Source: Octopus bimaculoides (lineage: Eukaryota). From it: DNA of 36,651 nucleotides. Both the position numbers and the translations under genes were made by a program. The stretch's first letter is position 1, and each line of letters starts with the position of its first letter. Shown one piece after another: positions 10,424-20,858 of the stretch. Where the stretch lies: NCBI RefSeq assembly GCF_001194135.2, contig NC_068993.1, forward strand, positions 40,821,425 through 40,858,075, read 5' to 3'. The notes under the pieces were generated by a model. That model did no database searches. It was not told where the DNA came from and saw only the letters and a list, made by a program, of their open reading frames with translations.

Positions 10424-10687
10424 AAAATTTGTACCTCTGTGAAATCTGAGAATACCTTTTATCACAAATGTAACACCCCCCATTACTCCCACCCCCACAG
10501 ACAAAAAAAGTAACAAATAGATAAAAATTTAAAAACTTATGTCTTATTTTTTTTTCCTTTCACATTCATATTAATGAATTTGATATTGTCAATACAAGAC
10601 TGGGAGATATCACCTAGGAATTGTTATGATATTGACTATAGAAATTAATGTTTGAATGCCCTTAGTTGTTGTCAGTCTCATTGTCAG

Positions 10688-10731
<44 letters not shown>

Positions 10732-10919
10732 GTTTCTGATTAGATAATTGACACATCTCAAGTACAGCTGCTTTTGATCCAAAGTTGTCTCTTGCTTAGT
10801 TACAATTATCTCTCCAGTGACTATCTGTGTGCGTGTGTGAAAATGTATGTGTTTACGCATGTATGTGTGAGTATATATATGTGTGTGTGTGTGTGTGTGT
10901 TTGTATGTAAGTATATATG

Positions 10920-11198
10920 TGGAGGTGCGTGGCTTAGTGGATACAGTATTTGGCTCCCAATTGTAAGATCATGAATTCATTTCCTGGCAATGTGCTGTGT
11001 CCTTGAGCAAGACACTTTATTTCACATTACTCCAGTCCACTCAGCTGGCAAAAATGAGTTGTGTCTGTAATTTCAAAGAGTCAGCCTTGTCATACTCTGT
11101 GTCACACCGAATCTCCCTGATAACTATGTTAAGGGTACACGTGTCTGTGGAGTGCTCAGCCACTTGCACATTAATTTCACAAGCAAGCTGTTCTGCTG

Positions 11199-11202
<4 letters not shown>
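10920..11202 (+). mobile_element. Family D tRNA-head SINE with a different central module
   Basis: GGAGGTGCGTGGCTTAGTGG head; GTGTCCTTGAGCAAGACAC...CTCCAGTCCACTCAGCTG core; 3' GTGTCTGTGGAGTGCTCAGCCACTTGCAC shared with 9112-9492. Confidence 0.8.
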
Positions 11203-11242
<40 letters not shown>

Positions 11243-11245
11243 TGT

Positions 11246-11395
11246 ATAGCAGTGTGGTTAAGGAGTTTGCTTTCTAGACATGTAGTTTCAGGTTCAGTTC
11301 TGCTGTACTGCACTTTAGACAAGTGTCTTCTAGTATAGTCCTCAAGGCTGACCAAAGTGAAAAACTGCAAGAAGCCTTTATATGTGTCTATTTGT
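11246..11395 (+). mobile_element. Family C SINE head, degenerate
   Basis: GCAGTGTGGTTAAG...CAGGTTCAGTTC...CAAGTGTCTTCTAGTATAG...GACCAAAG...AAGAAGCC. Confidence 0.6.
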
Positions 11396-11469
11396 AAGCA
11401 CAATATTTCTAAACAATTGTCATTGTCACCAACAATGTTATTTGTTTCTAATCTTTAGCTATGAGGAAA

Positions 11470-11570
11470 ATATTTGTTGGAAACAAGGGTGAGTGACAGG
11501 AAAGACATCTGGTCATAGAAAATCTGCCTCAGCAAATTCTGTCTGACCCATATCAGCATGATATATAGCC
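11470..11570 (+). mobile_element. Family B variant 3' fragment
   Basis: GACAGGAAAGACATCTGG.CATAGAAAATCTGCCTCA...CTGACCCAT matches the reverse complement of 13506-13630 and 18613-18720. Confidence 0.45.
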
Positions 11571-11640
11571 ATTTATGTATTGTATTTGATATAAATGCAT
11601 TGTTATAGGTAAAAATTTTCAGAGGTTGTCATCTGGAGGT

Positions 11641-12031
11641 AGTATCTCCTATGGATGTTATGTGCTTAAAAACTCAACATATATTCATCCATGGGAGACG
11701 AAAATCACTCCAGAAGTGATGAATGAAAATGTAAGATGTATTTCTGTCTTGTTAGGCATTATCAATAACATATACTCACTGTCACCATGCTAAGATAACT
11801 TCCTCTCAGCCAGGCAGTTGCAAAACCAGTGATTGTTTGATACTGATTTCATATACATCTGTTGTGATGGATTTCACCAAAGCATACTGTTGGTGAGTAC
11901 ACATCATTGGTAATGTCTAACAAGGCAGAAGTCAATCTAACATTCTCATTAACTGCTACTAGAATTAGTTCCACCTCTCTCTGATATGTACATAATGTGT
12001 TCTTAAAGACATCACATCCGTAGGTGTTACT
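11641..12031. mobile_element. Putative old non-autonomous DNA transposon with ~36-bp imperfect inverted repeats
   Basis: AGTATCTCCTATGGATGTTATGTGCTTAAAAACTCA (11641-11676) versus the reverse complement of 11996-12031, AGTAACACCTACGGATGTGATGTCTTTAAGAACACA; 28 of 36 identical by hand. Confidence 0.5.
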
Positions 12032-12053
12032 GTTTCAGCCAGTGCTTATTTAA

Positions 12054-12276
12054 CCCTTTTGATACCCAACTGCCTAAGACTGCCCTCCAGTCAATAATAC
12101 AAACTTCCTGTTTTAAAGTAATCTAATTTAAACATTCATTTAAAAACTTCATGTTTGTGTATGTTTCAAATGCCAGCTTTTTCATGGCAAAGTTATTTTA
12201 CTAAATTCTTCGTTATTTATAAAAGTTAATTTAATCAAAGACAGTGTATTTCATTAGACTTATGGAAACAAAAGGG
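12054..12276 (+). mobile_element. piggyBac-like MITE (TTAA TSD)
   Basis: TTAA (12050-12053) CCCTTTTG ... CAAAAGGG TTAA (12277-12280). Internal AAGTTATTTTACTAAAT shared with 19874-20078. Confidence 0.75.
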
Positions 12277-12299
12277 TTAAGCTGCATGAATTAAAGAAA

Positions 12300-12410
12300 C
12301 ATGAAGCAAAGTGTCTTGCACAAGGATACAGTGTAATGCCCAGTCCAGAAATTGAACCAACAGCCTTATGACCATGAGCCAAGCACTAACCACTAGGCCA
12401 CATGCCAGCA
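12300..12410 (-). mobile_element. Family D head fragment
   Basis: GTGTCTTGCACAAGGATAC...AGAAATTGAACC...CTAACCACTAGGCCAC. Confidence 0.5.
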
Positions 12411-13505
12411 AAGTGAACTACTTAGGGTGTAGGCAAATATGGATTGGAAGTTAAAGTTTGTTTTTGATAGCAGTTGTTGTTGTATAGCCCCGGTTCATAT
12501 CTGAGTTGACCTGTGATCAAAGACATCCCAACCATGACCATCCAGTCTTTTTTTAGAGTTATCTATACATCCATCTATCTATCTATCTATCTATTTATCT
12601 ATATACTTCCAATTTTTAAAGGCAGTGAAATGTAATTTGAGGGAGATTCGGCTAGCTTTTCCAGGTGAAGCAACCATGTAGAAGCTCCATCATTTGCTTG
12701 TTCCACAGCTGCTGCTGCTGTTGTTATTGTCATTTAGCCCTAGGTGAGACCTGACCCAGCAAGCCTATGATCGAAGGCAATCCTCTTTATAAAGCACAAC
12801 CAAGGATTACATAATCTTATGCACCCAACCATTTTCTAAAGATCACACTTTAGAGTATGATTTGATTGGTGTGGAGGATATTGGCTTTTTACTGCTATTT
12901 CCAGTATGTTGAGCAACCACCAAGTGACTCGCCCATTGGCTTGTAGCTTCATAGTAGTTTGGTTGTAAAGGCAAAGAATATTTATGTCAGAAGAAAGCAA
13001 AAACCAAATAGAGACAGTAATGGCCTGTAAAGCCAAATACAACAGATGGCTTTATTCTACAAATTTTGATTGTTTTACCTGTTTTTTGTATTGTATTTTA
13101 TTGGGTGGGGGTGGATGTTAAACTAAATAGTGTCAAATTATAAGGAACTGTTTTATATTGTCTCTTGACACAGTCTTGCCGGGCTGCCATTTTATATTAT
13201 TGGATATCACCTGACATGGCTGATAGCACTGCTGTCATAGCAACTACCTCCGCTCTTTGCAGTATTTCTCCTTTTATTTACATTAACCCCTCTTGTTTGT
13301 GTTTGTTGGTATTTGTGGACAGCAGACGGACAGTTACTTAAGTCTTTCACTGGTTCCAGTCTTTGGAATGTGGACTATGCTGGTGGGGTATTGTCTTTAA
13401 ATAGTCAATCATGTTGAGCTCATTACTTATCCCAAACAGTCATTGTCGTCATCGTCATCATTCACCACCACCACCACCACCACCATCACTGTTATGGTGA
13501 TGATC

Positions 13506-13800
13506 ATCATCATTTAACGTCCATTTTCTCCATGCCTGTATGGGTCAGATGGATTTTGTTGAGGTTAATTTTTCTATGGTCAGATGCTCTTCCTGTTGCT
13601 AACCCTCATCTGTTTCCAAGTAAAGTAACATTTCTCGTCTTTCAAAATACAAGACGGCACAATGGCCACACATGTCTCTACAGAAGATTGGAAGAGAATG
13701 ACACTGCTTGCATGACTATGACATTCATTTACTCATGGTGTGTGATGTCAAGGCAAGGGGACATGAACACACCTGCGCTTAAGCACATGCACTCATGTGC
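13506..13800 (-). mobile_element. Family B variant
   Basis: CATCATCATTTAACGTCCATTTTC...CAGATGCTCTTCCTGTTGCTAACCCTC. Confidence 0.6.
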
Positions 13801-13829
13801 ATACTCACACACATACACACTCACATGTA

Positions 13830-14031
13830 CCGCCTGACTGGCCTTCGTGCGGGTGACACGTAAAAGCACCCACTACACTCTCTGAGTGGTTATCGTTAGG
13901 AAGGGCATCCAGCTGTAGAAACTCTGCCAAATCAGATTGGAGCCTGGTGCAGCCATCCGGTTTCACCAGTCCTCAGTCAAATCGTCCAACTCATGCTAGC
14001 ATGGAAAGCGGACGTTAAACAATGATGATGA
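13830..14031 (+). mobile_element. Family B 3' end
   Basis: GCCTGACTGG...AAAAGCACCCACTACACTC...AGGAAGGGCATCCAGCTGTAG...GGACGTTAAACAATGATG. Confidence 0.85.
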
Positions 14032-14037
14032 TATTTG

Positions 14038-14163
14038 ACAAGTTTCTCTCAGTTTTTGTCTACCAAATCCAATCACAAAGCTTTGTTTGGCCCCAGGGTT
14101 GTACTAGATGGTACTCAGCCAAGGTGTTGTGTATTGAGATTGAACCCGAAACCACATCGTTGT
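14038..14163 (-). mobile_element. Family C head fragment running into gap
   Basis: CAGTTTTTGTCTACCAAATCCAATCACAAAGCTTTG...TTGAACCCGAAACCAC. Confidence 0.65.
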
Positions 14164-14703
14164 NNNNNNNNNNNNNNNNNNNNNNNNNNNNNNNNNNNNN
14201 NNNNNNNNNNNNNNNNNNNNNNNNNNNNNNNNNNNNNNNNNNNNNNNNNNNNNNNNNNNNNNNNNNNNNNNNNNNNNNNNNNNNNNNNNNNNNNNNNNNN
14301 NNNNNNNNNNNNNNNNNNNNNNNNNNNNNNNNNNNNNNNNNNNNNNNNNNNNNNNNNNNNNNNNNNNNNNNNNNNNNNNNNNNNNNNNNNNNNNNNNNNN
14401 NNNNNNNNNNNNNNNNNNNNNNNNNNNNNNNNNNNNNNNNNNNNNNNNNNNNNNNNNNNNNNNNNNNNNNNNNNNNNNNNNNNNNNNNNNNNNNNNNNNN
14501 NNNNNNNNNNNNNNNNNNNNNNNNNNNNNNNNNNNNNNNNNNNNNNNNNNNNNNNNNNNNNNNNNNNNNNNNNNNNNNNNNNNNNNNNNNNNNNNNNNNN
14601 NNNNNNNNNNNNNNNNNNNNNNNNNNNNNNNNNNNNNNNNNNNNNNNNNNNNNNNNNNNNNNNNNNNNNNNNNNNNNNNNNNNNNNNNNNNNNNNNNNNN
14701 NNN
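14164..14703. other. Assembly gap
   Basis: N run, 540 nt. Confidence 1.
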
Positions 14704-14801
14704 TATGAGCCTGGTGTAGCCATCCGGTTGCACCAGTCCTCAGTCAAATCGTCCAACCCATGCTAGCATGGAAAGCGGACGTTAAACGATGATGATGATG
14801 A

Positions 14802-14805
<4 letters not shown>
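14704..14805 (+). mobile_element. Family B tail
   Basis: GAGCCTGGTGTAGCC...CATGCTAGCATGGAAAGCGGACGTTAAACGATGATG. Confidence 0.85.
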
Positions 14806-14847
<42 letters not shown>

Positions 14848-14999
14848 AATCAGAATGATAGAAGCACCGTTCTAGATTACCTGATAGTAGCTGCCAAAAT
14901 TGATGATAATTGTAAATATGAACATAAAAGATATTTGATAATATACTATCAGTTCTTAACACATATTGCTTTTTTTTTTTGCTTCTTTTTTCCATATTC

Positions 15000-15345
15000 T
15001 TATTGCGGGTATTGTTGTTGTTGTTGTTGTTATTTTATGGTTGTTGTTGTTATTGTTGCTATCATTGTTGTAACGGTAGTCATCACCAATATCATCTACA
15101 TCATTGCTGTTGTTGTTGATGGGGTGGTAGTGATGATAGCAGTGATGGTAGTAGTAGTGGTGGCCATGGAGGCGGCAGCAGGAGTGCTGGTGGTGGTGGT
15201 AGTGGCAGCGACAGCAGTGGTAGGAGTCATGCTAGTGGTGGTTGTGGTGGAGGAGGTTGTAGCAATAGTAGTAGCAGTGGCGCCGGTAGTGATGGAATCA
15301 ATGATGACAGTTGTAGTGGTGGTGGTGATGATGATGATGATTTTT
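15000..15345. repeat. Mosaic triplet tract (GTT/GGT/GTA/GAT)n
   Basis: Directly visible. Confidence 0.9.
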
Positions 15346-16306
15346 GTATCACCAATTGTTACTCGAGCTAATCATAATGACTTTTTTTTTAATTTTTGTT
15401 TTCAATTGTGAGCTGGGGGCAAGGATAGGGTTGGGCCATAGAAATGACCCTGGTATGACTTCTCTGCATTTTATATAGCTGACCCACCATGCTACTATCA
15501 TATTCCATATTCTATACCACCATGCTAACCTACCACTAGACCATCATTCATCACCCTCAGCAGTTTCCATCTGCTTTTCCAAGCTGGAATGGGTTGGACA
15601 GGTTTTCCAAAGTCTGTGCTTTACAGCCAGCTGTGCTCCCTTTTGCCAACCCTCAAGACATGCAGGAACACAGTGTACTCGTTTTAAAACCAGAATACAC
15701 ACAGTAAATATTCTTTACTATCATAATGCCATCTTAGTATTATATTCCTTATTGTGGATGAAGAAAATGACAGTATTAAGATTTAATTAATCCTTTAAGA
15801 GAAATGTGTACATAATTAAACAATACTGTGATTTAAACATCTTAGTGAGAGCATGTTGTTCTGATAACTGAAGGATTTCAGTCTTCATCTCATTTAATCT
15901 CTTTCCAATTCAGTACACGATGGAGAGCCTTTTGTGCTCAGATTCACATGCTCCATGTATAGCTTTTAACTGGGAAATTAATTTGAAGCAAGGCTGGTGC
16001 TATGTTGTTTTGCAGGCAAGTGATTCATATGCGCTATGATGCATTGTGTTATGTAAACATTAGTAGGAATATTAACTGAAAATTAATAGAAATAACTTGA
16101 AAATTTATTTATTAAAGAGTTATAGAATAAATAAGGCAACAGACATTTGTAAAGTGATACAAGGGTGATAGGGATGAAATGCAAATGGGATTGGAAAGGA
16201 TGGTTTATAACAATATTTGTTGGATATAACTGCATTATTCTTTTTGTTTTATTTGCTTCTTTTTATTGGTTTCAGTCATTTGGCTATAACTGGGCTACAC
16301 TCTTAA

Positions 16307-16410
16307 CCCAGTGCATTTTTAAAGTAGTCATTTCCAGCCCAAATATTCTACTTGTTCTGTGTTCAAACTGGCCAGATTTAGCCTCTCACACCTACTCTGC
16401 AATGTCCACA
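16307..16410 (+). mobile_element. TTAA-type MITE fragment, same family as 6572-6770
   Basis: TTAA (16303-16306) then CCC; GTTCAAACTGGCCAGAT...CTCTCACACCTAC. Confidence 0.4.
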
Positions 16411-16429
16411 TAGCCAGCCCATTTAAGAG

Positions 16430-16803
16430 TACCCTTCAATCGTCGGGTAATATGCTGTGCTTGAGAAGACATGTTAAGTCAAGTGAAATCGTTGTCATGG
16501 TCAATGCTAGTACTGCCTGACTGGCACCCGTGCCGGTGGCACATAAAATGCACCATTCAAGCATGGTCAATGCCAGTGCTGCCTGACTGGCTCTCGTACC
16601 AGTGGTACATAAAAAGCACCATGTGAGCATGGTTGATGCAAGTGCTGCCTGACTGGCCTCCGTGCCAGTGGCATGTAAAAAGCACCCACTACACTCTTGG
16701 AGTGGTTGACATTAGGAAGAGCATCCAGCTGTAGAAACCTTGCCAGACCAGACTGGAGCCTGGTGCAGCCTCCTGGCTTGCCAGTCCTCAGTCAAACCAT
16801 CCA
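16430..16803 (+). mobile_element. Family B copy with ORF C-terminus and 3 x 66-bp internal units
   Basis: Units start at 16496, 16562 and 16628 (CATGGT...GCCTGACTGG...AAAA.GCACC), followed by the standard B tail block. Confidence 0.85.
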
Positions 16804-16809
16804 AGTTAC

Positions 16810-16910
16810 AGTGTTTTGTTCAGGAACACGATGCACTGCCAGCCCAATCTGAGAATAGAAACCACTACCTTATGATTGTGGGCGCAGCACCCTAACCACT
16901 AAACCATGTA
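16810..16910 (-). mobile_element. Family D head fragment
   Basis: GTGTTTTGTTCAGGAACAC...GAGAATAGAAACC...CCCTAACCACTAAACCA. Confidence 0.5.
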
Positions 16911-17160
16911 CCTTCACACAGCAAGAGCTGCAGGAAAAATATTTGAAATAGAGGTAAAGTATATGTAAACTCTAAAGCAAGGATGTTTATTTTCTGACAT
17001 ACTAGCAACAAGTTCTCAGTGTTGCCTGCATTCATAAATAGCTTAAACAAATTACTTTAGCACTTATAAAACAGTTTAGACTTCTTTCACTATTAAAAAA
17101 CAATAAGAAAACCAACCTCTTGTTGAAACATTATAATTACACTGCATATATATATATATA

Positions 17161-17457
17161 NNNNNNNNNNNNNNNNNNNNNNNNNNNNNNNNNNNNNNNN
17201 NNNNNNNNNNNNNNNNNNNNNNNNNNNNNNNNNNNNNNNNNNNNNNNNNNNNNNNNNNNNNNNNNNNNNNNNNNNNNNNNNNNNNNNNNNNNNNNNNNNN
17301 NNNNNNNNNNNNNNNNNNNNNNNNNNNNNNNNNNNNNNNNNNNNNNNNNNNNNNNNNNNNNNNNNNNNNNNNNNNNNNNNNNNNNNNNNNNNNNNNNNNN
17401 NNNNNNNNNNNNNNNNNNNNNNNNNNNNNNNNNNNNNNNNNNNNNNNNNNNNNNNNN
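17161..17457. other. Assembly gap
   Basis: N run, 297 nt. Confidence 1.
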
Positions 17458-17931
17458 GGTCTTAAACTTAGCTGCTGCTGTTCTCCAACGTTCAAATGTT
17501 TCCTATTCTGGACATTTATGCAGCAGCTGGCAACCTCAATACTGCTACGTCTTATCTCAGAATTGGCATTGTGTGGTCGAGTAAAAATAAAAGAAAGTTA
17601 TCATAAATTTCATTGAGCACTGTAAAGTATTATTTATCTAAATATCTATATACATACATATCTATGTATATCAATCTATCTACCTAGCTATCTATTTGTC
17701 TATCTTTTCTCTCTCTCTGTATCTCTATCTCTCTGTTTATGCATATATATATATATATATATATATCCACTATATCAGAAATCTACAATGGTTCCATAAC
17801 TCCCATCTCAGCTATATGACCTTGAAGCCCTGATAATTCGTTAGAGCACTTAACCAGTGTACCTAGTCATTTAGATCACCTGTGAACTAAACCCCACTAT
17901 TTTGTGTATATATATATATATATATATATAT

Positions 17932-18142
17932 ACTTTTATCACTCTTTTACTTGTTTCAGTCATTTGGCTACGCCCATGCTGGAGCACCACTTTTAGTCGA
18001 ACAAATTACCCCTAGGACTTATTCGTTGTAAGCCTAGTACATATTCCATCGGTCTCTTGTGCCAAACCACTAAGTTATGGGGATGTAAACACACTAACAT
18101 TGGTTGTCAAGCGATGGTGGGATCACAAACACAGACACGCAA

Positions 18143-18185
<43 letters not shown>

Positions 18186-18310
18186 CATACATACATACAT
18201 ACATACACACACACACATGACAGTCTTCTTTCAGTTTCTATCTACCAAATCCACTCACAAGGCTTTGGTTGGCCTGAGGTTATAGTAGAAGACACTTGCT
18301 CAAGGTGCCG
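17932..18310 (-). mobile_element. Family C SINE with (TA)(TACA)(CA) insert
   Basis: Full C tail and body, as at 8522-8880. Confidence 0.9.
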
Positions 18311-18366
18311 NNNNNNNNNNNNNNNNNNNNNNNNNNNNNNNNNNNNNNNNNNNNNNNNNNNNNNNN
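18311..18366. other. Assembly gap
   Basis: N run, 56 nt. Confidence 1.
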
Positions 18367-18407
<41 letters not shown>

Positions 18408-18596
18408 CATACATACATACATACATACACACACACACATGACAGTCTTCTTTCAGTTTCTATCTACCAAATCCACTCACAAGGCTTTGGTTGGCCTGAG
18501 GTTATAGTAGAAGACACTTGCTCAAGGTGCCGCGCAGTGGTACTGAACCCGGAACCATGTGATTGTGAAGCAAGCTTCTTACCACACAGCCACTCT
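18367..18596 (-). mobile_element. Family C 5' half (probably the same copy as 17932-18310, duplicated by assembly)
   Basis: 18367-18531 appears identical to about 18146-18310, then completes the head ...TACTGAACCCGGAACCATG...TTACCACACAGCCACT. Confidence 0.8.
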
Positions 18597-18612
18597 TATA
18601 TAAATATATATA

Positions 18613-18780
18613 ATCATTGTTTAACATCTGCTTTTCCGTGCATACATGGGTTGGAGAAAAATTTTTGAGGCAGATTTTCTCTAGGTGGGTGCCCTACCTG
18701 TTGCTAACCCTCATCAGTTTCCATGCAAGATACTATTTCCCCATGGTCAGATCTGTTTACACAGAATATTGGAAACAAAC
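18613..18780 (-). mobile_element. Family B variant
   Basis: CATTGTTTAACATCTGCTTTTCC...GAGGCAGATTTTCT...CTACCTGTTGCTAACCCTC. Confidence 0.6.
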
Positions 18781-18829
18781 CACATACATATAAACACAAA
18801 CACACTCACACACACCATCTGCATGCATG

Positions 18830-18965
18830 TGTTTAAGGCGTTGAGCTCATGAACATAAGGTCACAGGTTCAATTCCTCAATTAGGCAGCACATTGTGTCA
18901 TTGTGCAAAATACTTCATTTCGCACTACTGCAATCTACTCAACTGCAAATGAATACCAGCTGAAT
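18830..18965 (+). mobile_element. Family D head fragment
   Basis: AGGTTCAATTCC B-box, then TTGTGTCATTGTGCAAAATACTT...CTACTCAACTGCAAATGAATACC. Confidence 0.55.
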
Positions 18966-19202
18966 GTTGGTACAGCTTTCTTTCCAACAGCCTTATATTT
19001 TGAAACTGTTAAATTTCAAAATTAAAAGGCATCCAATTATTTTGAAATGCCCAATGCTAAATTATATTTGGTGATAGAGTTTCAGTTGTGTGTGCATGTT
19101 CAAGTGAAAATATTTACAGGTGCAAGAAAATAACTGCTATCTTATAGATTTTATTTTTTACTTTTGGGTTAAAAAGAATTTTGATATAATAAACTTTATA
19201 TT

Positions 19203-19568
19203 ATTGTTATGCTTGGGGATGGTATTTTTTTTCTTTTTTTGCCAATTAAACATGCACTCTATTTATTTGATCTTCATTTTAGTTTTTATTAATATTATTT
19301 ATCGTTTATATGTTGGTCAACATTCCTTTTACACACATTCTTTGACCTCATCAGTAACTTTGTCCTATGTGTCTCCTCTTGTCAAGAGGAGATGCATGGG
19401 ACTTGAGTTACTGAGAGTCACTGATGAGGTCACAGAACGTGTGAAGAAAGGATGTTGACCAACATATAAACTAAAAATAATATTGATAAAAATTAAACTG
19501 AAGATCAAAGAAATAGTGCATGCATTTAGCTGGTGAAAAAAAGAATGACCATTCCCAAGTATAACAAT
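19203..19568. repeat. Long inverted repeat / foldback, arms about 180 bp, 3-nt loop
   Basis: Centre CTCCTCTT-GTC-AAGAGGAG at 19373-19391. Arms 19203-19380 and 19384-19568 align by hand at roughly 85% identity; longest perfect run GTTTATATGTTGGTCAACA (19 bp). Confidence 0.95.
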
Positions 19569-19873
19569 ATCTGTTTCAACACATGTTTTCACATCAAGAA
19601 TCTTGCAAAACAAATATATGAACATTATAACTTTATATTATTGTATTGATATCATAGTTGGAAGAATAATTCTTAGCTTCCTCCATGACGCAGACCTACA
19701 TGGGACTGCATCAGTTAGCTAGTCTTGAAATGTGCAATGTCACGAGAATCATGCTAACCTTACTTACATTCATTTTGAAAGAAACTCTTTAATGTAAGGA
19801 AGAGAACTCTGATACTCTCTTCTGTCATAAATTTCTGTTCTATAACAGAATCCTTAGAGGACCAGACTTTTAA

Positions 19874-20078
19874 CCCTTTCGATGCCAACCCAGCTGAAAC
19901 CGGCTCTGGCTCTGTTGTTCAAATATCTTGTTTCCATTAGTTTTGCATTAAAATCTTCCACCAAACCTTAGTCACAGTTTATGTTCCTAACACTAGCTTA
20001 ATGATGACTAAGTTATTTTACTAAATCCTAATTGAAGGAAACACATAGCACCTAAAATTAAATATGGTAATGAAAGGG
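19874..20078 (+). mobile_element. piggyBac-like MITE (TTAA TSD)
   Basis: TTAA (19870-19873) CCCTTTCGATGCCA ... TGGTAATGAAAGGG TTAA (20079-20082). Confidence 0.8.
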
Positions 20079-20827
20079 TTAAAATTCCCAAACTTTCAGT
20101 TTCAACAGGGTGTTAAAGATTTAATATGCCATCTTTGGTTTCTCCATCATACTACAGATGGTATCATGCTGGTTTCTTTAGTAATGTAACTCATTTGCTT
20201 TGGTTGTATAGTAATTTAACTATAAGTACCACTTTGAGATTTTAACAAAATAAATATATCAACTACAACAACAACAACAATAATAATAATAATGATAATA
20301 ATATTCAAAAAAAAAAAAGTTGTGTAGCTAACTAAAAATACTATCAGAGTTTGTAATTAAGCAAGTGCAGAAATAATAATGAAACATTACTGGCTCACTG
20401 ATCAAACAACAACAGTTTAAGGCTGCCATTGGCCCATAGGGACCTGAAGAAGAAGTAAGTCTTTGTTCTGTTTTATGTGATTTTTTTAAAGGATCAATTT
20501 GTTTCTCACCCTTCATTCAGGAAGCATTGTTTGTACTGTAATGGTGAATGTATGTTGATTGTGTGGTGTTTTTGTAGTGGTACAAAAGAAATTTGATGCC
20601 TCACAGTCAAAGGGGAATCAACTGTGTTCTTTTGTTGTCAGGATGAGAAAAGCTTACATAGACTGCTCCGCTTTCACTTTTTGAATAATCTTTCTCTAAC
20701 TCCATTAAATAGTTCTTGGCCAGTACAGAGAAGTGGGTTATTTTGTTTTTTGTTTTTTGTTTTGTTTTTTTACTTTTTCTTTATTTCTTTTTGTAATGGC
20801 CAAATCATTTAGTTACTTGGTTCTGTC

Positions 20828-20858
<31 letters not shown>

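Noticed and set aside
11810-11892. Plus-strand exon (CTCAG|...TTG|GTGAGT; PGSCKTSDCLILISYTSVVMDFTKAYC)
   Set aside because: It lies inside the putative inverted-repeat element; one open frame in 83 nt is expected by chance.
15914-16015. 102-nt plus-strand exon with a GC donor (YTMESLLCSDSHAPCIAFNWEINLKQGWCYVVLQ)
   Set aside because: It needs a non-canonical donor and gives no recognisable protein; there is not enough support without RNA data.
16496-16690. CRISPR-like array
   Set aside because: The units are contiguous tandem repeats without unique spacers, inside a eukaryotic retroelement.
18146-18531. Tandem duplication of a family C segment
   Set aside because: Two apparently identical ~165-bp copies flank a 56-N gap, which is typical of an unmerged contig overlap.
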